This document shows, one piece after another, positions 29,211 to 38,271 of a DNA stretch of 64,000 bases. The stretch is from Bacteroidia bacterium. Its GTDB lineage: Bacteria > Bacteroidota > Bacteroidia > AKYH767-A > OLB10. A program made the translations under genes and the position numbers. The stretch's first letter is position 1. Each line of letters starts with the position of its first letter. A model generated the notes under the pieces. It did not search any database, had not been told where the DNA came from, and saw only the letters and a list, made by a program, of their open reading frames with translations. The DNA lies in NCBI GenBank assembly GCA_016788185.1, contig JAEUTF010000183.1:7152-71151 (forward strand), in the 5' to 3' direction.

Positions 29211-30233
29211 TTAGTGTTGGAGGAACTTGTAACGGTGAATGTTCTTGAGGGCGATGCCAGTCCCCCTCACGACCGCCCGAAGCGGATCTTCAGCTACATG
29301 CACCGGTAGTTTTGTCTTCATGGAGATGCGCCGGTCGAGTCCGCGAAGCAGGGCGCCGCCACCGGTGAGGTAGATGCCGGTACGGTAAATGTCGGCCGAT
29401 AATTCAGGCGGGGTGATTTCCAGCGCCTTCAGAATGGCCTCTTCAATTTTACTGATCGACTTGTCCAGCGCATGGGCGATTTCAGGGTAACTCACGGTGA
29501 TTTCTTTCGGAATACCGGTCATCAGATCACGGCCATGTACGGCAAAATCAGGAGGGGCATTGTCGAGTTCGGGAAGTGCCGAGCCTACTTCAATCTTGAT
29601 CCGCTCCGCGGTGCGTTCGCCGATCAGGATGTTGTGCTGGCGGCGCATGTAATCCCAGATGTCGGTGGTAAAGCCGTCGCCCGCCACGCGGATACTCTGG
29701 TCGCAGACAATACCGCCCAGGGCGATGACCGCGATTTCGCTGGTGCCGCCGCCGATATCAATGATCATGTTGCCCATGGGCTCTTCCACGTCGATGCCGA
29801 TACCGATGGCCGCCGCCATGGGTTCGTGAATCAGGTACACTTCCTTCGCACCGGCATGTTCGGCGGAGTCGCGCACTGCGCGCTTTTCCACCTCGGTAAT
29901 GCCCGAAGGGATACAGATCACCATGCGCAGGGAAGGCGTGAATAAATTCTTTCCTGAACTGATCATCCGGATCATGCCCTTGATCATCTGTTCGGCCGCT
30001 TCAAAGTCGGCAATCACACCATCTTTCAGCGGTCGGACCGTTTTGATGTTTTCATGTGTTTTACCGTGCATCATCATCGCCTGTTTTCCTACTGCGATAA
30101 CCCTGCCGGTGGTGCGGTCGATGGCTACGATGGAAGGTTCATCAACAACCACTTTGTCGTTGTGAATGATAAGGGTGTTTGCAGTCCCCAGATCGATGGC
30201 GATCTCCTGTGTGAGGAAATCAAAGAGTCCCAT
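29211..30233 (-). CDS. mreB: Rod shape-determining protein MreB (actin homologue)
   Basis: 340 aa beginning MGLFDFLTQEIAIDLGTANTLI, the canonical MreB N-terminus. Confidence 0.95.
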   Translation of the reverse strand: MGLFDFLTQEIAIDLGTANTLIIHNDKVVVDEPSIVAIDRTTGRVIAVGKQAMMMHGKTHENIKTVRPLKDGVIADFEAAEQMIKGMIRMISSGKNLFTPSLRMVICIPSGITEVEKRAVRDSAEHAGAKEVYLIHEPMAAAIGIGIDVEEPMGNMIIDIGGGTSEIAVIALGGIVCDQSIRVAGDGFTTDIWDYMRRQHNILIGERTAERIKIEVGSALPELDNAPPDFAVHGRDLMTGIPKEITVSYPEIAHALDKSISKIEEAILKALEITPPELSADIYRTGIYLTGGGALLRGLDRRISMKTKLPVHVAEDPLRAVVRGTGIALKNIHRYKFLQH

Positions 30234-30382
30234 GCTTGCGCTTGCTTGTTGTGTCCTTCCTCAGGGAAGAATCGTGTGAATCAGATGGTGTGAACTGATA
30301 AGGAAGGTCCTTACAATGAATGCTGCAAGGTAATTTTATCAGGGTATGCAAAATTGGAAAGAAAAACTGAATTATGAACGCG

Positions 30383-31909
30383 TCAATGTTTAAAATGACG
30401 GATGCCTGTCAGCACCATCGAAAGGCCCAGACGGTTGGCTGCATCCACCGAGTCCTGGTCGCGTACCGATCCTCCCGGCTGTACCACCGCGCTGATGCCT
30501 GCGGCGTGTGCAATCTCCACACAGTCGGGAAAAGGGAAGAAAGCATCGGAAGCCATCACGGCTCCTTCGAGCGGGAACCCAAAGTGCTGCGCCTTGGCAA
30601 TGGCCTGTCGCAGGGCATCCACTCTTGATGTTTGTCCGACCCCGCTGGCCAGCATCTGAGCGTTTTTCGCCAATACGATAGCGTTACTCTTGCTGTGCTT
30701 CACCAGCCGGTTGGCAAAAAGCAAATCTTCCAGTTCAGCGTTTGAAGGCTTTTTATCCGTGACACATTTCAGGTCGGCCTTTGTTTCCTGGGCCCGGTCA
30801 GGATCCTGCTCCAGCAATCCGTTGAGGATCGTCCGGTATTGTTTGCGGACGGGTGCGAATTCTTTGGTTTTGAGTATCATACGATTCTTTTTACTCTGGA
30901 GGACCTCCAGAGCCCCGGCATCGTATGCGGGCGCCAGCAACACTTCAAAAAAGAGCGCATTCATGGCTTCGGCCACGGGTAAAGTGATCACACGGTTGCT
31001 GACAAGAATGCCTCCAAAGGCGGAAACAGGATCGCCCGCCAGTGCTTTTTCCCAGGCTTTGAACAAATCAGGGTCACTGGCCATTCCGCAGGCATTGTTG
31101 TGTTTGATGATGGCAATGCTGCTTTCGTCAAAATCAGCCATCAGCGACAATGCAGCGTCCACGTCGAGCAGGTTGTTGTAACTGAGTTCTTTTCCATGCA
31201 ACTGGGTAAATACCTCTTCGGGTTTTCCGTGAAAGGCAGCCTGTTGATGAGGATTTTCACCGTAACGGAGGCTACGGCTGGACCAGGAAGAGGGAATTTT
31301 GGGCGTGTCGGCTTCCAGTTGTCCAAGTTCAAACCACTGATGTATGGCACTGTCGTACCGGCTGCTGACGGCGAAGGCACGGACCGCCAGTTGTCGACGT
31401 TGCTCGAGATTTGTTTTACCGAGCTGGTTATCAATAATATCTAACAAAAAGCCGTAATCCTCCACCGACGGGATGATGAGTACATCGTTGAAATTTTTCG
31501 CGGCTCCTCGGATCAGGCTGATGCCGCCAATGTCAATCTTTTCGATGATGGCTTCGGCGCTTCCCCCTGATTTTACAGTTTCTTCAAAAGGATACAAATC
31601 AACCACCACCAGATCGATGAAGGGCAATTCATGCTTCTGCATGTCCAGACGGTGTTGTTCATCGTTCCTTTTCGCCAGGATGCCCCCGAAAACCCCCGGG
31701 TGTAGGGTCTTTACCCGTCCTCCCAGAATAGAAGGATAGCCGGTGATGTCTTCCACTGCCGTAACCTCAAGTCCCATGTTCCGGATGAAATCATAGGTTC
31801 CGCCACTTGCATATAACTGAACACCAAGGCGATGGAGGCCTTCTGCGATGCGGTCGAGACCGTCTTTGTGGTAGACGGATAAGAGGGCGGAACGAAACGG
31901 GATTTCCAT
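30383..31909 (-). CDS. purH: Bifunctional AICAR transformylase / IMP cyclohydrolase
   Basis: Full-length PurH-like sequence. The start was set to the ATG at 31909 (MEIPFRSALLSVYHKDG); the track start at 31933 is TTG. Confidence 0.9.
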   Translation of the reverse strand: MEIPFRSALLSVYHKDGLDRIAEGLHRLGVQLYASGGTYDFIRNMGLEVTAVEDITGYPSILGGRVKTLHPGVFGGILAKRNDEQHRLDMQKHELPFIDLVVVDLYPFEETVKSGGSAEAIIEKIDIGGISLIRGAAKNFNDVLIIPSVEDYGFLLDIIDNQLGKTNLEQRRQLAVRAFAVSSRYDSAIHQWFELGQLEADTPKIPSSWSSRSLRYGENPHQQAAFHGKPEEVFTQLHGKELSYNNLLDVDAALSLMADFDESSIAIIKHNNACGMASDPDLFKAWEKALAGDPVSAFGGILVSNRVITLPVAEAMNALFFEVLLAPAYDAGALEVLQSKKNRMILKTKEFAPVRKQYRTILNGLLEQDPDRAQETKADLKCVTDKKPSNAELEDLLFANRLVKHSKSNAIVLAKNAQMLASGVGQTSRVDALRQAIAKAQHFGFPLEGAVMASDAFFPFPDCVEIAHAAGISAVVQPGGSVRDQDSVDAANRLGLSMVLTGIRHFKH

Positions 31910-32288
31910 GGGCTTTTGTAAAGGAAGGGGCAAAAGTAAGCAATCATTGCCTCGTAAGATTTGTTTCAGGAGGGATAAAGGATAATGAGGAAGGCTGATC
32001 CGGTGGAATTCAAAGGGAGTTTAGAGCGATGCCGGCTTGAACAGGAAAGAAAGAATGAATGAAAGAAAGGCGCGATGGGGCCAGGAGAGACCTGCTGGTT
32101 TATTTCAAGCGTTGATGAAACACCGCCGATGCGCTGTGTGATTTGTTACCTTCTGAGAAACCCGACTAAAAAGTGCCGGTGGTGCCACTTTTTCCTTTCA
32201 ACCGCTTTGTGTCTTGTTCATCAGGAGGGATGCAGGGGCAGGGTCATTCTGAAAAAATTGAAGCCGGAACGGACACGGTTTGCCCGAT

Positions 32289-33866
32289 TCATTTTTTAAT
32301 GAATTTCAGGGGGTACACGGTACCTTCTTCACTGGTAAGCACCGCGTAATAGAATCCTTGCGGGAGGAATTGGATATTTACCTTGTTTGGAGGGTCGTTC
32401 TGACTGAGCACCTTCCTGCCATTTCCATGGTAGATGATGAGTTGGCGGATACCGGTGTTTCCTTCAAGGGTAATCGTTTCTTCTGCCGGATTCGGAAAGA
32501 GACGGACCACACGATCCTTTGTTTCCTCCGGAACGGTGGAAGGTCCGGTATAGGTGTAAACGGTGATCTTGTCGCTTGCCGCGCCAAAATTATTGATCAG
32601 GTAAAGGCTGGTTCCGTTCGGAGATACCGCAATATCGCGGAGTCTTCCGTTGAGTGCCTGGTCCGCACCGAAAAAGCGTTTGGGGTTTGAATCATTGGGA
32701 AGGGAAGGGGCCAGACTTTTCCCGTCGGGATTTAATTTAAACTGATAAAGCTCCTGATCGGTCTGTGCGCCGTCCTTCAGGGTGACTACCAACAGGCTTT
32801 TGGTCCATTGCGGTATGCCATTGCTGTTATAGTAAATGCCGTCGGAAGGGGCCACAGTACACCAGGTGGAGGGTGGCCCGCTGGCCGGCTGCGGCACATT
32901 GCACCAGGAGTAAAAAGCTTCAACCAGTGAATCGTTCGCAAGGAGCGGGTGAGGCACGTAGCCACTGATGTAAGCGGATTCTCCGGCGAAGTTATTGTCC
33001 GCATGATAACCCCGGACATCTTTCCATCCGTAATTCATCCCCGGAATCAGCAGGTTGATTTCGTCGTCCGTGCGGTCGCCGTGCTCAATGCTGAACAGGA
33101 TGTCGTCGTCGGCATTGTACAGGAGTCCCTGTGGATTTCTGTGTCCTCTGGTGTAAAATGGGTTGCCGGGAACAGGGTTGTCCGGAGGGATGCTTCCATC
33201 CATGAAATACCGGTGTATTTTGCCGTTCAGAAATGCGGGGTCCTGTGTGAAATTGTTCGGGTTGGTGGAGGGTGGCGTGTAACAATTGGGTGCGTTGGTT
33301 TCAGAAATGCCAAGGTCGCCGGCGGCGAAGAAAAGGTAGTAGTTTGAATTTCGATGGACCGCCAGTAAGCGACCGCCGAAGTGATCGTAGCCATTGGGCA
33401 GGTTGACCACAATGTCACTGTCGCCGCTGACCATTTCATTCTGTGGATCCCAGCTGAGTCGTTTGATTTTGAATTTGGTGGCCGGAACGTTGACGGTGCC
33501 CTGGTTATAGGAGTAAACGAAGTAGATGTAGTTGAACCCTGCCGTTCCGAACGCCGGATGCAGGGCCAGACCCAGCGTGCCCTGGCCGATATCCGGCTGA
33601 TGACAGGCCTGCAATTGTTCGAGTGGAGATCCGCTGAAATAGTCGGGCGCAGTAAAAACCACCGTTTTGTTTCCATTGAGCGGGTCTACCCGCACTACCG
33701 TGCCTCCTGATTCGGTGAGCCATAAATAATTGTCAGGTCCATAGAGGATTTCCCAGGGCGTGGTAAGCGGGGTGGGGAGTTCTGTCCTGCTGAAATTTTG
33801 GGCAAGGCAAAAATGACTGAAGATTATTCCGGTCGTAAACAGGAAGGCCTGTAGGTGATTTTTCAT
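32289..33866 (-). CDS. PQQ-dependent sugar dehydrogenase-like (SGDH/YliI beta-propeller) protein with a C-terminal type IX secretion (Por) sorting domain
   Basis: 525 aa with signal peptide. It has glucose/sorbosone dehydrogenase-like propeller motifs. The C-terminal roughly 80 aa (RLFPNPAEETITLEG...YYAVLTSEEGTVYPLKFIKK) matches the T9SS CTD pattern. Confidence 0.65.
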   Translation of the reverse strand: MKNHLQAFLFTTGIIFSHFCLAQNFSRTELPTPLTTPWEILYGPDNYLWLTESGGTVVRVDPLNGNKTVVFTAPDYFSGSPLEQLQACHQPDIGQGTLGLALHPAFGTAGFNYIYFVYSYNQGTVNVPATKFKIKRLSWDPQNEMVSGDSDIVVNLPNGYDHFGGRLLAVHRNSNYYLFFAAGDLGISETNAPNCYTPPSTNPNNFTQDPAFLNGKIHRYFMDGSIPPDNPVPGNPFYTRGHRNPQGLLYNADDDILFSIEHGDRTDDEINLLIPGMNYGWKDVRGYHADNNFAGESAYISGYVPHPLLANDSLVEAFYSWCNVPQPASGPPSTWCTVAPSDGIYYNSNGIPQWTKSLLVVTLKDGAQTDQELYQFKLNPDGKSLAPSLPNDSNPKRFFGADQALNGRLRDIAVSPNGTSLYLINNFGAASDKITVYTYTGPSTVPEETKDRVVRLFPNPAEETITLEGNTGIRQLIIYHGNGRKVLSQNDPPNKVNIQFLPQGFYYAVLTSEEGTVYPLKFIKK

Positions 33867-34126
33867 TTTAAAAGCGTAGGTGCATCGTAAAGGTAAACCT
33901 TTTTGTTTACGAGGTTGAATTTATGCGTCCCGCCCATCTGAGCCAGGCGATCTTTTTTAAAATCTGCGATCCGCTAAGCCGGCGATGTCTTTTAGACGAG
34001 TCGCCTGTGCTTTTTTCCGGCCACGTCAAACCGTTTGTTCCGATGTGATAACTCAGTATGCCTGTTGACTTATGTCATATCCAAAGCAAGGTATACCTTT
34101 TATTTTCGGTGGCTAAATTCCAGATT

Positions 34127-35320
34127 ATGCCACTCTACCGTCAAATGGGTATCATCCCGCCGAAGCGCCACATTGTGTTTCGCCAACCCAACGGGAAACT
34201 TTACCACGAGGAATTGTTCGGCACCGAGGGCTTCTCGGGAATGTCCTCGCTGGTGTATCACCTCCATCCACCCACACAGGTGAAAGAGCGGGGTGAAGCC
34301 TATTCCGTCCGACCCAAAATTGCCATCGAAGACAACCTTCAGGCCCGCTCTTACCTCGGTTTCGACTTGCCGGCCAAGGATGATTACCTCGAAAGCCGTA
34401 CCGTTTTATTTCTGAATGCCGACATGACCATCGGGATCGCCGCTCCGCGAAAGAGTATGGAGGATTATTTTTATAAAAATGCCGATGCGGATGAACTGAT
34501 TTTTATTCATCGCGGCTCCGGAACATTGCGTACCATGTACGGTTCCATCGGTTTCGGGTATGGCGATTACCTGGTGATTCCGCGCGGAACCGTTTACCAG
34601 ATGCGTTTTGATTCAGACGACAACCGCCTGCAGATTACCGAGTCCTACAGCCCTGTTGAAACACCCGCCCGCTACCGCAATGAATACGGTCAGTTCCTGG
34701 AGCACTCACCGTTTTGTGAGCGTGATTTCAGACTTCCCCAAAACCTCGAAACACACGATGAAACCGGCGATTTCCTGCTGAAGATTAAAAAGCGTGGTCT
34801 GATCTATCCGTATGTGTACCATACGCATCCTTTTGATGTGGTGGGCTGGGACGGTTGCTCCTATCCGTATGCCATGTCAATTTTTAATTTTGAGCCGATC
34901 ACCGGGCGCATTCACATGCCCCCTCCGATCCATCAGCATTTTCAGGGAAAGAACTTTGTGATCTGTTCTTTTGTTCCCCGCCTGTATGATTACCACCCCC
35001 AGGCGATCCCGGCTCCTTATCACCACAGCAACATCGACAGCGATGAAATTCTGTATTATGTAGATGGCGATTTCATGAGTCGCAACGACATTCAGCAGGG
35101 GCAATTTACGCTGCATCCGGGCGGCCTGCCCCATGGTCCGCACCCCGGAGCCATCGAGCGGAGCATTGGAAAAAAGGAAACCAACGAACTCGCTGTGATG
35201 ATTGACCCCTTCAACCCGGTCATGATTACCGAAGACGCACTCCGTCTTGAAATCGGCGATTATTATCACAGCTGGATCAAGGCAAACGGACAGGGTGTGG
35301 GTGCAAAAGTTCCTGCATGA
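34127..35320 (+). CDS. hmgA: Homogentisate 1,2-dioxygenase
   Basis: HGD-family sequence throughout. The ATG at 34127 (MPLYRQMGII) was chosen over the longer TTG-type track ORF. Confidence 0.9.
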   Translation: MPLYRQMGIIPPKRHIVFRQPNGKLYHEELFGTEGFSGMSSLVYHLHPPTQVKERGEAYSVRPKIAIEDNLQARSYLGFDLPAKDDYLESRTVLFLNADMTIGIAAPRKSMEDYFYKNADADELIFIHRGSGTLRTMYGSIGFGYGDYLVIPRGTVYQMRFDSDDNRLQITESYSPVETPARYRNEYGQFLEHSPFCERDFRLPQNLETHDETGDFLLKIKKRGLIYPYVYHTHPFDVVGWDGCSYPYAMSIFNFEPITGRIHMPPPIHQHFQGKNFVICSFVPRLYDYHPQAIPAPYHHSNIDSDEILYYVDGDFMSRNDIQQGQFTLHPGGLPHGPHPGAIERSIGKKETNELAVMIDPFNPVMITEDALRLEIGDYYHSWIKANGQGVGAKVPA

Positions 35321-35482
35321 GGGGGTAAGAAAAGTTTAAAATACACCCATTAGGATCCACATGCATGGAGGGATGAAGGCACCAGGCCTTCTCACAGCGT
35401 TTACCCGGACTTTTTCTTTTTTCATGCGTACAGGATCAAGAGTACATGAATTTATAGAAAGTATATACACCGCTAATTATGA

Positions 35483-36640
35483 ATGGACATGGATAATCTC
35501 ACCGAAGTAAAAAACTACCGGTATTCAGGAGAAAAGATCTTCGACAAAGCACAGGATTTTCTCCCCATCAACGGAACAGATTACGTTGAACTCTATGTTG
35601 GCAATGCCAAGCAGGCCGCTCATTTTTATAAAACCGCACTGGGGTTTCAGGAGCTGGCCTATGCAGGCCTCGAAACCGGTTTGCGCGACCGCACTTCTTA
35701 TGTTCTGCAGCAGGGTAAAATCCGCATCGTCCTTACTTCACCCTTCGATCCGGATTCTGATATGGCGCACCATATCCGTCGGCACGGGGATGGTGTAAAG
35801 GTCATCGCCCTTTGGGTGGAGGATGCCTACGACGCGTTTGAGCAAACCACGAAGCGGGGGGCAAAGGCCTTTCTTCAGCCTGAAACCATCAGGGATCATT
35901 CCGGGGAAATCCGGCGTTCGGGAATCCACACGTATGGTGATACAGTTCATATTTTCATTGAAAGGAAAAATTACAAGGGTTTGTTTTTACCCGGCTATGA
36001 GAAATGGGAAACGGAATACCGGCCGGAGCCGGTTGGTCTTAAATACATCGACCATATGGTGGGCAATGTGGAGTTGGGCGCCATGAACCAATGGGCGGGC
36101 TTTTACCATGAAGTGATGGGCTTTGCCAACCTGATCACCTTCGATGACAAGGATATCAGCACGGAATACACCGCGCTCATGAGTAAAGTGATGAGTAACG
36201 GAAACGGATATATAAAATTTCCGATCAATGAACCAGCCGAAGGGAAGAAGAAATCACAGATCGAAGAGTACCTGGATTTCTACAAGGGACCCGGCTGTCA
36301 GCATATCGCCGTGGCTACCGATAACATTGTGTTTACAATCTCTGAAATGCGTCGCCGCGGGATAGAGTTCCTTTATGTCCCGGGCTCTTATTACGATACC
36401 GTGCGGGAGCGGGTGGGCATCATAGAGGAAGATCTCGACGAACTCAAAAAATGGGGCATCATGGTCGACCGTGATGAAGAAGGCTATCTGCTTCAGATTT
36501 TTACCAAGCCCATCGAGGACCGGCCTACCCTCTTTCTTGAGATTATACAGCGCAAAGGCGCAAAGTCTTTCGGCAAAGGCAATTTCAAAGCCCTCTTTGA
36601 ATCCATCGAAGCCGAGCAGGCGCGCCGGGGAACCTTGTAG
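35483..36640 (+). CDS. hppD: 4-hydroxyphenylpyruvate dioxygenase
   Basis: 385 aa with two VOC-fold domains typical of HPPD. ATG at 35483. Confidence 0.9.
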   Translation: MDMDNLTEVKNYRYSGEKIFDKAQDFLPINGTDYVELYVGNAKQAAHFYKTALGFQELAYAGLETGLRDRTSYVLQQGKIRIVLTSPFDPDSDMAHHIRRHGDGVKVIALWVEDAYDAFEQTTKRGAKAFLQPETIRDHSGEIRRSGIHTYGDTVHIFIERKNYKGLFLPGYEKWETEYRPEPVGLKYIDHMVGNVELGAMNQWAGFYHEVMGFANLITFDDKDISTEYTALMSKVMSNGNGYIKFPINEPAEGKKKSQIEEYLDFYKGPGCQHIAVATDNIVFTISEMRRRGIEFLYVPGSYYDTVRERVGIIEEDLDELKKWGIMVDRDEEGYLLQIFTKPIEDRPTLFLEIIQRKGAKSFGKGNFKALFESIEAEQARRGTL

Positions 36641-36652
36641 GGTTATCGGTTT

Positions 36653-36698
36653 ACGACCATAAAAAAAGCCCCTGCAGAGGGGCTTTTTTTATGGTCGT
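36653..36698. terminator. Strong bidirectional rho-independent terminator: a 46-nt perfect palindrome
   Basis: ACGACCATAAAAAAAGCCCC tgcaga GGGGCTTTTTTTATGGTCGT has 20-nt perfect inverted arms that include the A-tract and T-tract. It lies between the convergent hppD and DUF5689-like genes. Confidence 0.8.
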
Positions 36699-36753
36699 TA
36701 CTGAGGCGAAAGAATGCCGCTGAGGGTTCCGGCCTGCAGTTGGTGAAGTTCAC

Positions 36754-38247
36754 TTATTGAACATCCGTGGTGTTCCGGATTTGCAGCTGCGCATTGGTGT
36801 TGGGTGGGGTTACGGTACCGTTATAATCGGTGAGGATGCCGGTAATGCTGACTACGCCCGTAGCTACGGCAGCACCCGCAAAGGTGGCGCCGGAAGCCGT
36901 ATACAGAGTCATCGTACCCGTAGCATCGGTGATTTGCAGTGACCCGGCATAGGTGGCTGCACCGCTGATGCTGGCATTGTTGATTTTAAGCAGTGACGAT
37001 TCCCAGCTGTCGTTAGACGCCATATTGGCCAGCACCTGGCTTACGGTGACCACTTGCGGACTCACCGTTTTTCCCGTTGCCAGTACGGTGGCATTGGCCA
37101 GCGGAACATTGGGGGTGCTCGTACCTACCTGCAACAGTCCGCTGAATTCGCCCAGACTTTGTCCGGCGATGTTGATGTACAGCGAATCGCCGAGGTTGAA
37201 ACTGTGGTTGGCGGCAAAGCGCACACAAATGCCGCCTGTGGCATCCTGGATGAACAGGTTGCGTCCGTTCAGGTTGGAAGTGCTGCGGTCGCTGGTAACC
37301 ACCCCTAAAATATAAACATTGCCGTTGATAGGGATGGTGGTACCTGAATAGAGACCACGCACCGCGCTGATGCTGATGAGGGTGGCAGGTCCGCCGGCAC
37401 CGTTGCAGCGCAGGCTGTCCATGACCACATCCGTGGTGTCGCGGATGATGAGTTGCAGGTCGCTGTTGTAAACGGAGAAGATGCCTTTGATGCTTCCTTT
37501 GCCGGTGGGAGTAAGTTTGGTGGCAAAACTGGAGTAGCCGCTGCTTCTGACAATGATGGAGCCACCGTTGCAGTCATTTACGATGCGGTTCACGGATTGG
37601 AGCAATACGGCGTCAGCATAGGGCTGCGCGGTATCGGCCGGATCAAATTCGCAGTCTTCAATTTCAATGAGTCTGTTTTGCCATTTGTCGGTATTGCTCA
37701 GTTCGAGGATGGTCACCACACTGGGCTGGGGATTGAGATTGTAAACGCCTCCGATCAGGTGCTCATCAACCAGGCTGAGGGGAATAGGCGCCGCCTCCGG
37801 GGAAGTGCCGGTGTTGTCAATGTACCCACCCAGTTGAATCAATCCGCCGTAATCACCCATCACCAGTCCTTTCAGTTTTACGAACACACGACGGCCGACG
37901 GGGTATTCGGTGTGAAACTCTGATTGATCAAGACGGATGGAGATGCCCGCCGTATTGTCTTCGATCACCATCGTTTTATAAAAATTACCGGACTTGTCAT
38001 CGGCAGTCACCGTTCCGGAAATCACCCAGTTGGAATCGATGGTGATGATTTTGTTGAAACTGATGATGCTGTCGCGGTACATGCGTTTCAAAGAATCGAT
38101 GCTCATGTTCACCGTAAGATTGGGATCGGCGCCATTCCGCGGCGGCTCGTCGAAGTCGTCTTCGCGGCAGGATACAAAGTGAATGCCGGTAAAGGCTACC
38201 AGGGCCATTACCAGGATGTTTTTTTGGAATCGTAGGAAGGGATGCAT
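36754..38247 (-). CDS. Surface lipoprotein with three to four tandem beta-rich repeats, resembling DUF5689-family proteins that accompany TonB receptor and EEP nuclease genes in Bacteroidota
   Basis: Signal peptide plus lipobox (ALVAFTGIHFVSC). Repeated about 100-aa modules each end in LQLIIRDTTDV / LQVGTSTPNV / LQIRNTTDVQ-like segments. The family name is from recollection and was not searched. Confidence 0.5.
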   Translation of the reverse strand: MHPFLRFQKNILVMALVAFTGIHFVSCREDDFDEPPRNGADPNLTVNMSIDSLKRMYRDSIISFNKIITIDSNWVISGTVTADDKSGNFYKTMVIEDNTAGISIRLDQSEFHTEYPVGRRVFVKLKGLVMGDYGGLIQLGGYIDNTGTSPEAAPIPLSLVDEHLIGGVYNLNPQPSVVTILELSNTDKWQNRLIEIEDCEFDPADTAQPYADAVLLQSVNRIVNDCNGGSIIVRSSGYSSFATKLTPTGKGSIKGIFSVYNSDLQLIIRDTTDVVMDSLRCNGAGGPATLISISAVRGLYSGTTIPINGNVYILGVVTSDRSTSNLNGRNLFIQDATGGICVRFAANHSFNLGDSLYINIAGQSLGEFSGLLQVGTSTPNVPLANATVLATGKTVSPQVVTVSQVLANMASNDSWESSLLKINNASISGAATYAGSLQITDATGTMTLYTASGATFAGAAVATGVVSITGILTDYNGTVTPPNTNAQLQIRNTTDVQ

Positions 38248-38271
38248 TATGTGTTGGGATGTTTTGTTACA

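Noticed and set aside
32075-32299. 74-aa Cys-rich plus-strand ORF in the purH upstream gap
   Set aside because: It has a TTG-type start, overlaps the 3' end of the propeller gene, and has no conserved pattern beyond scattered cysteines.
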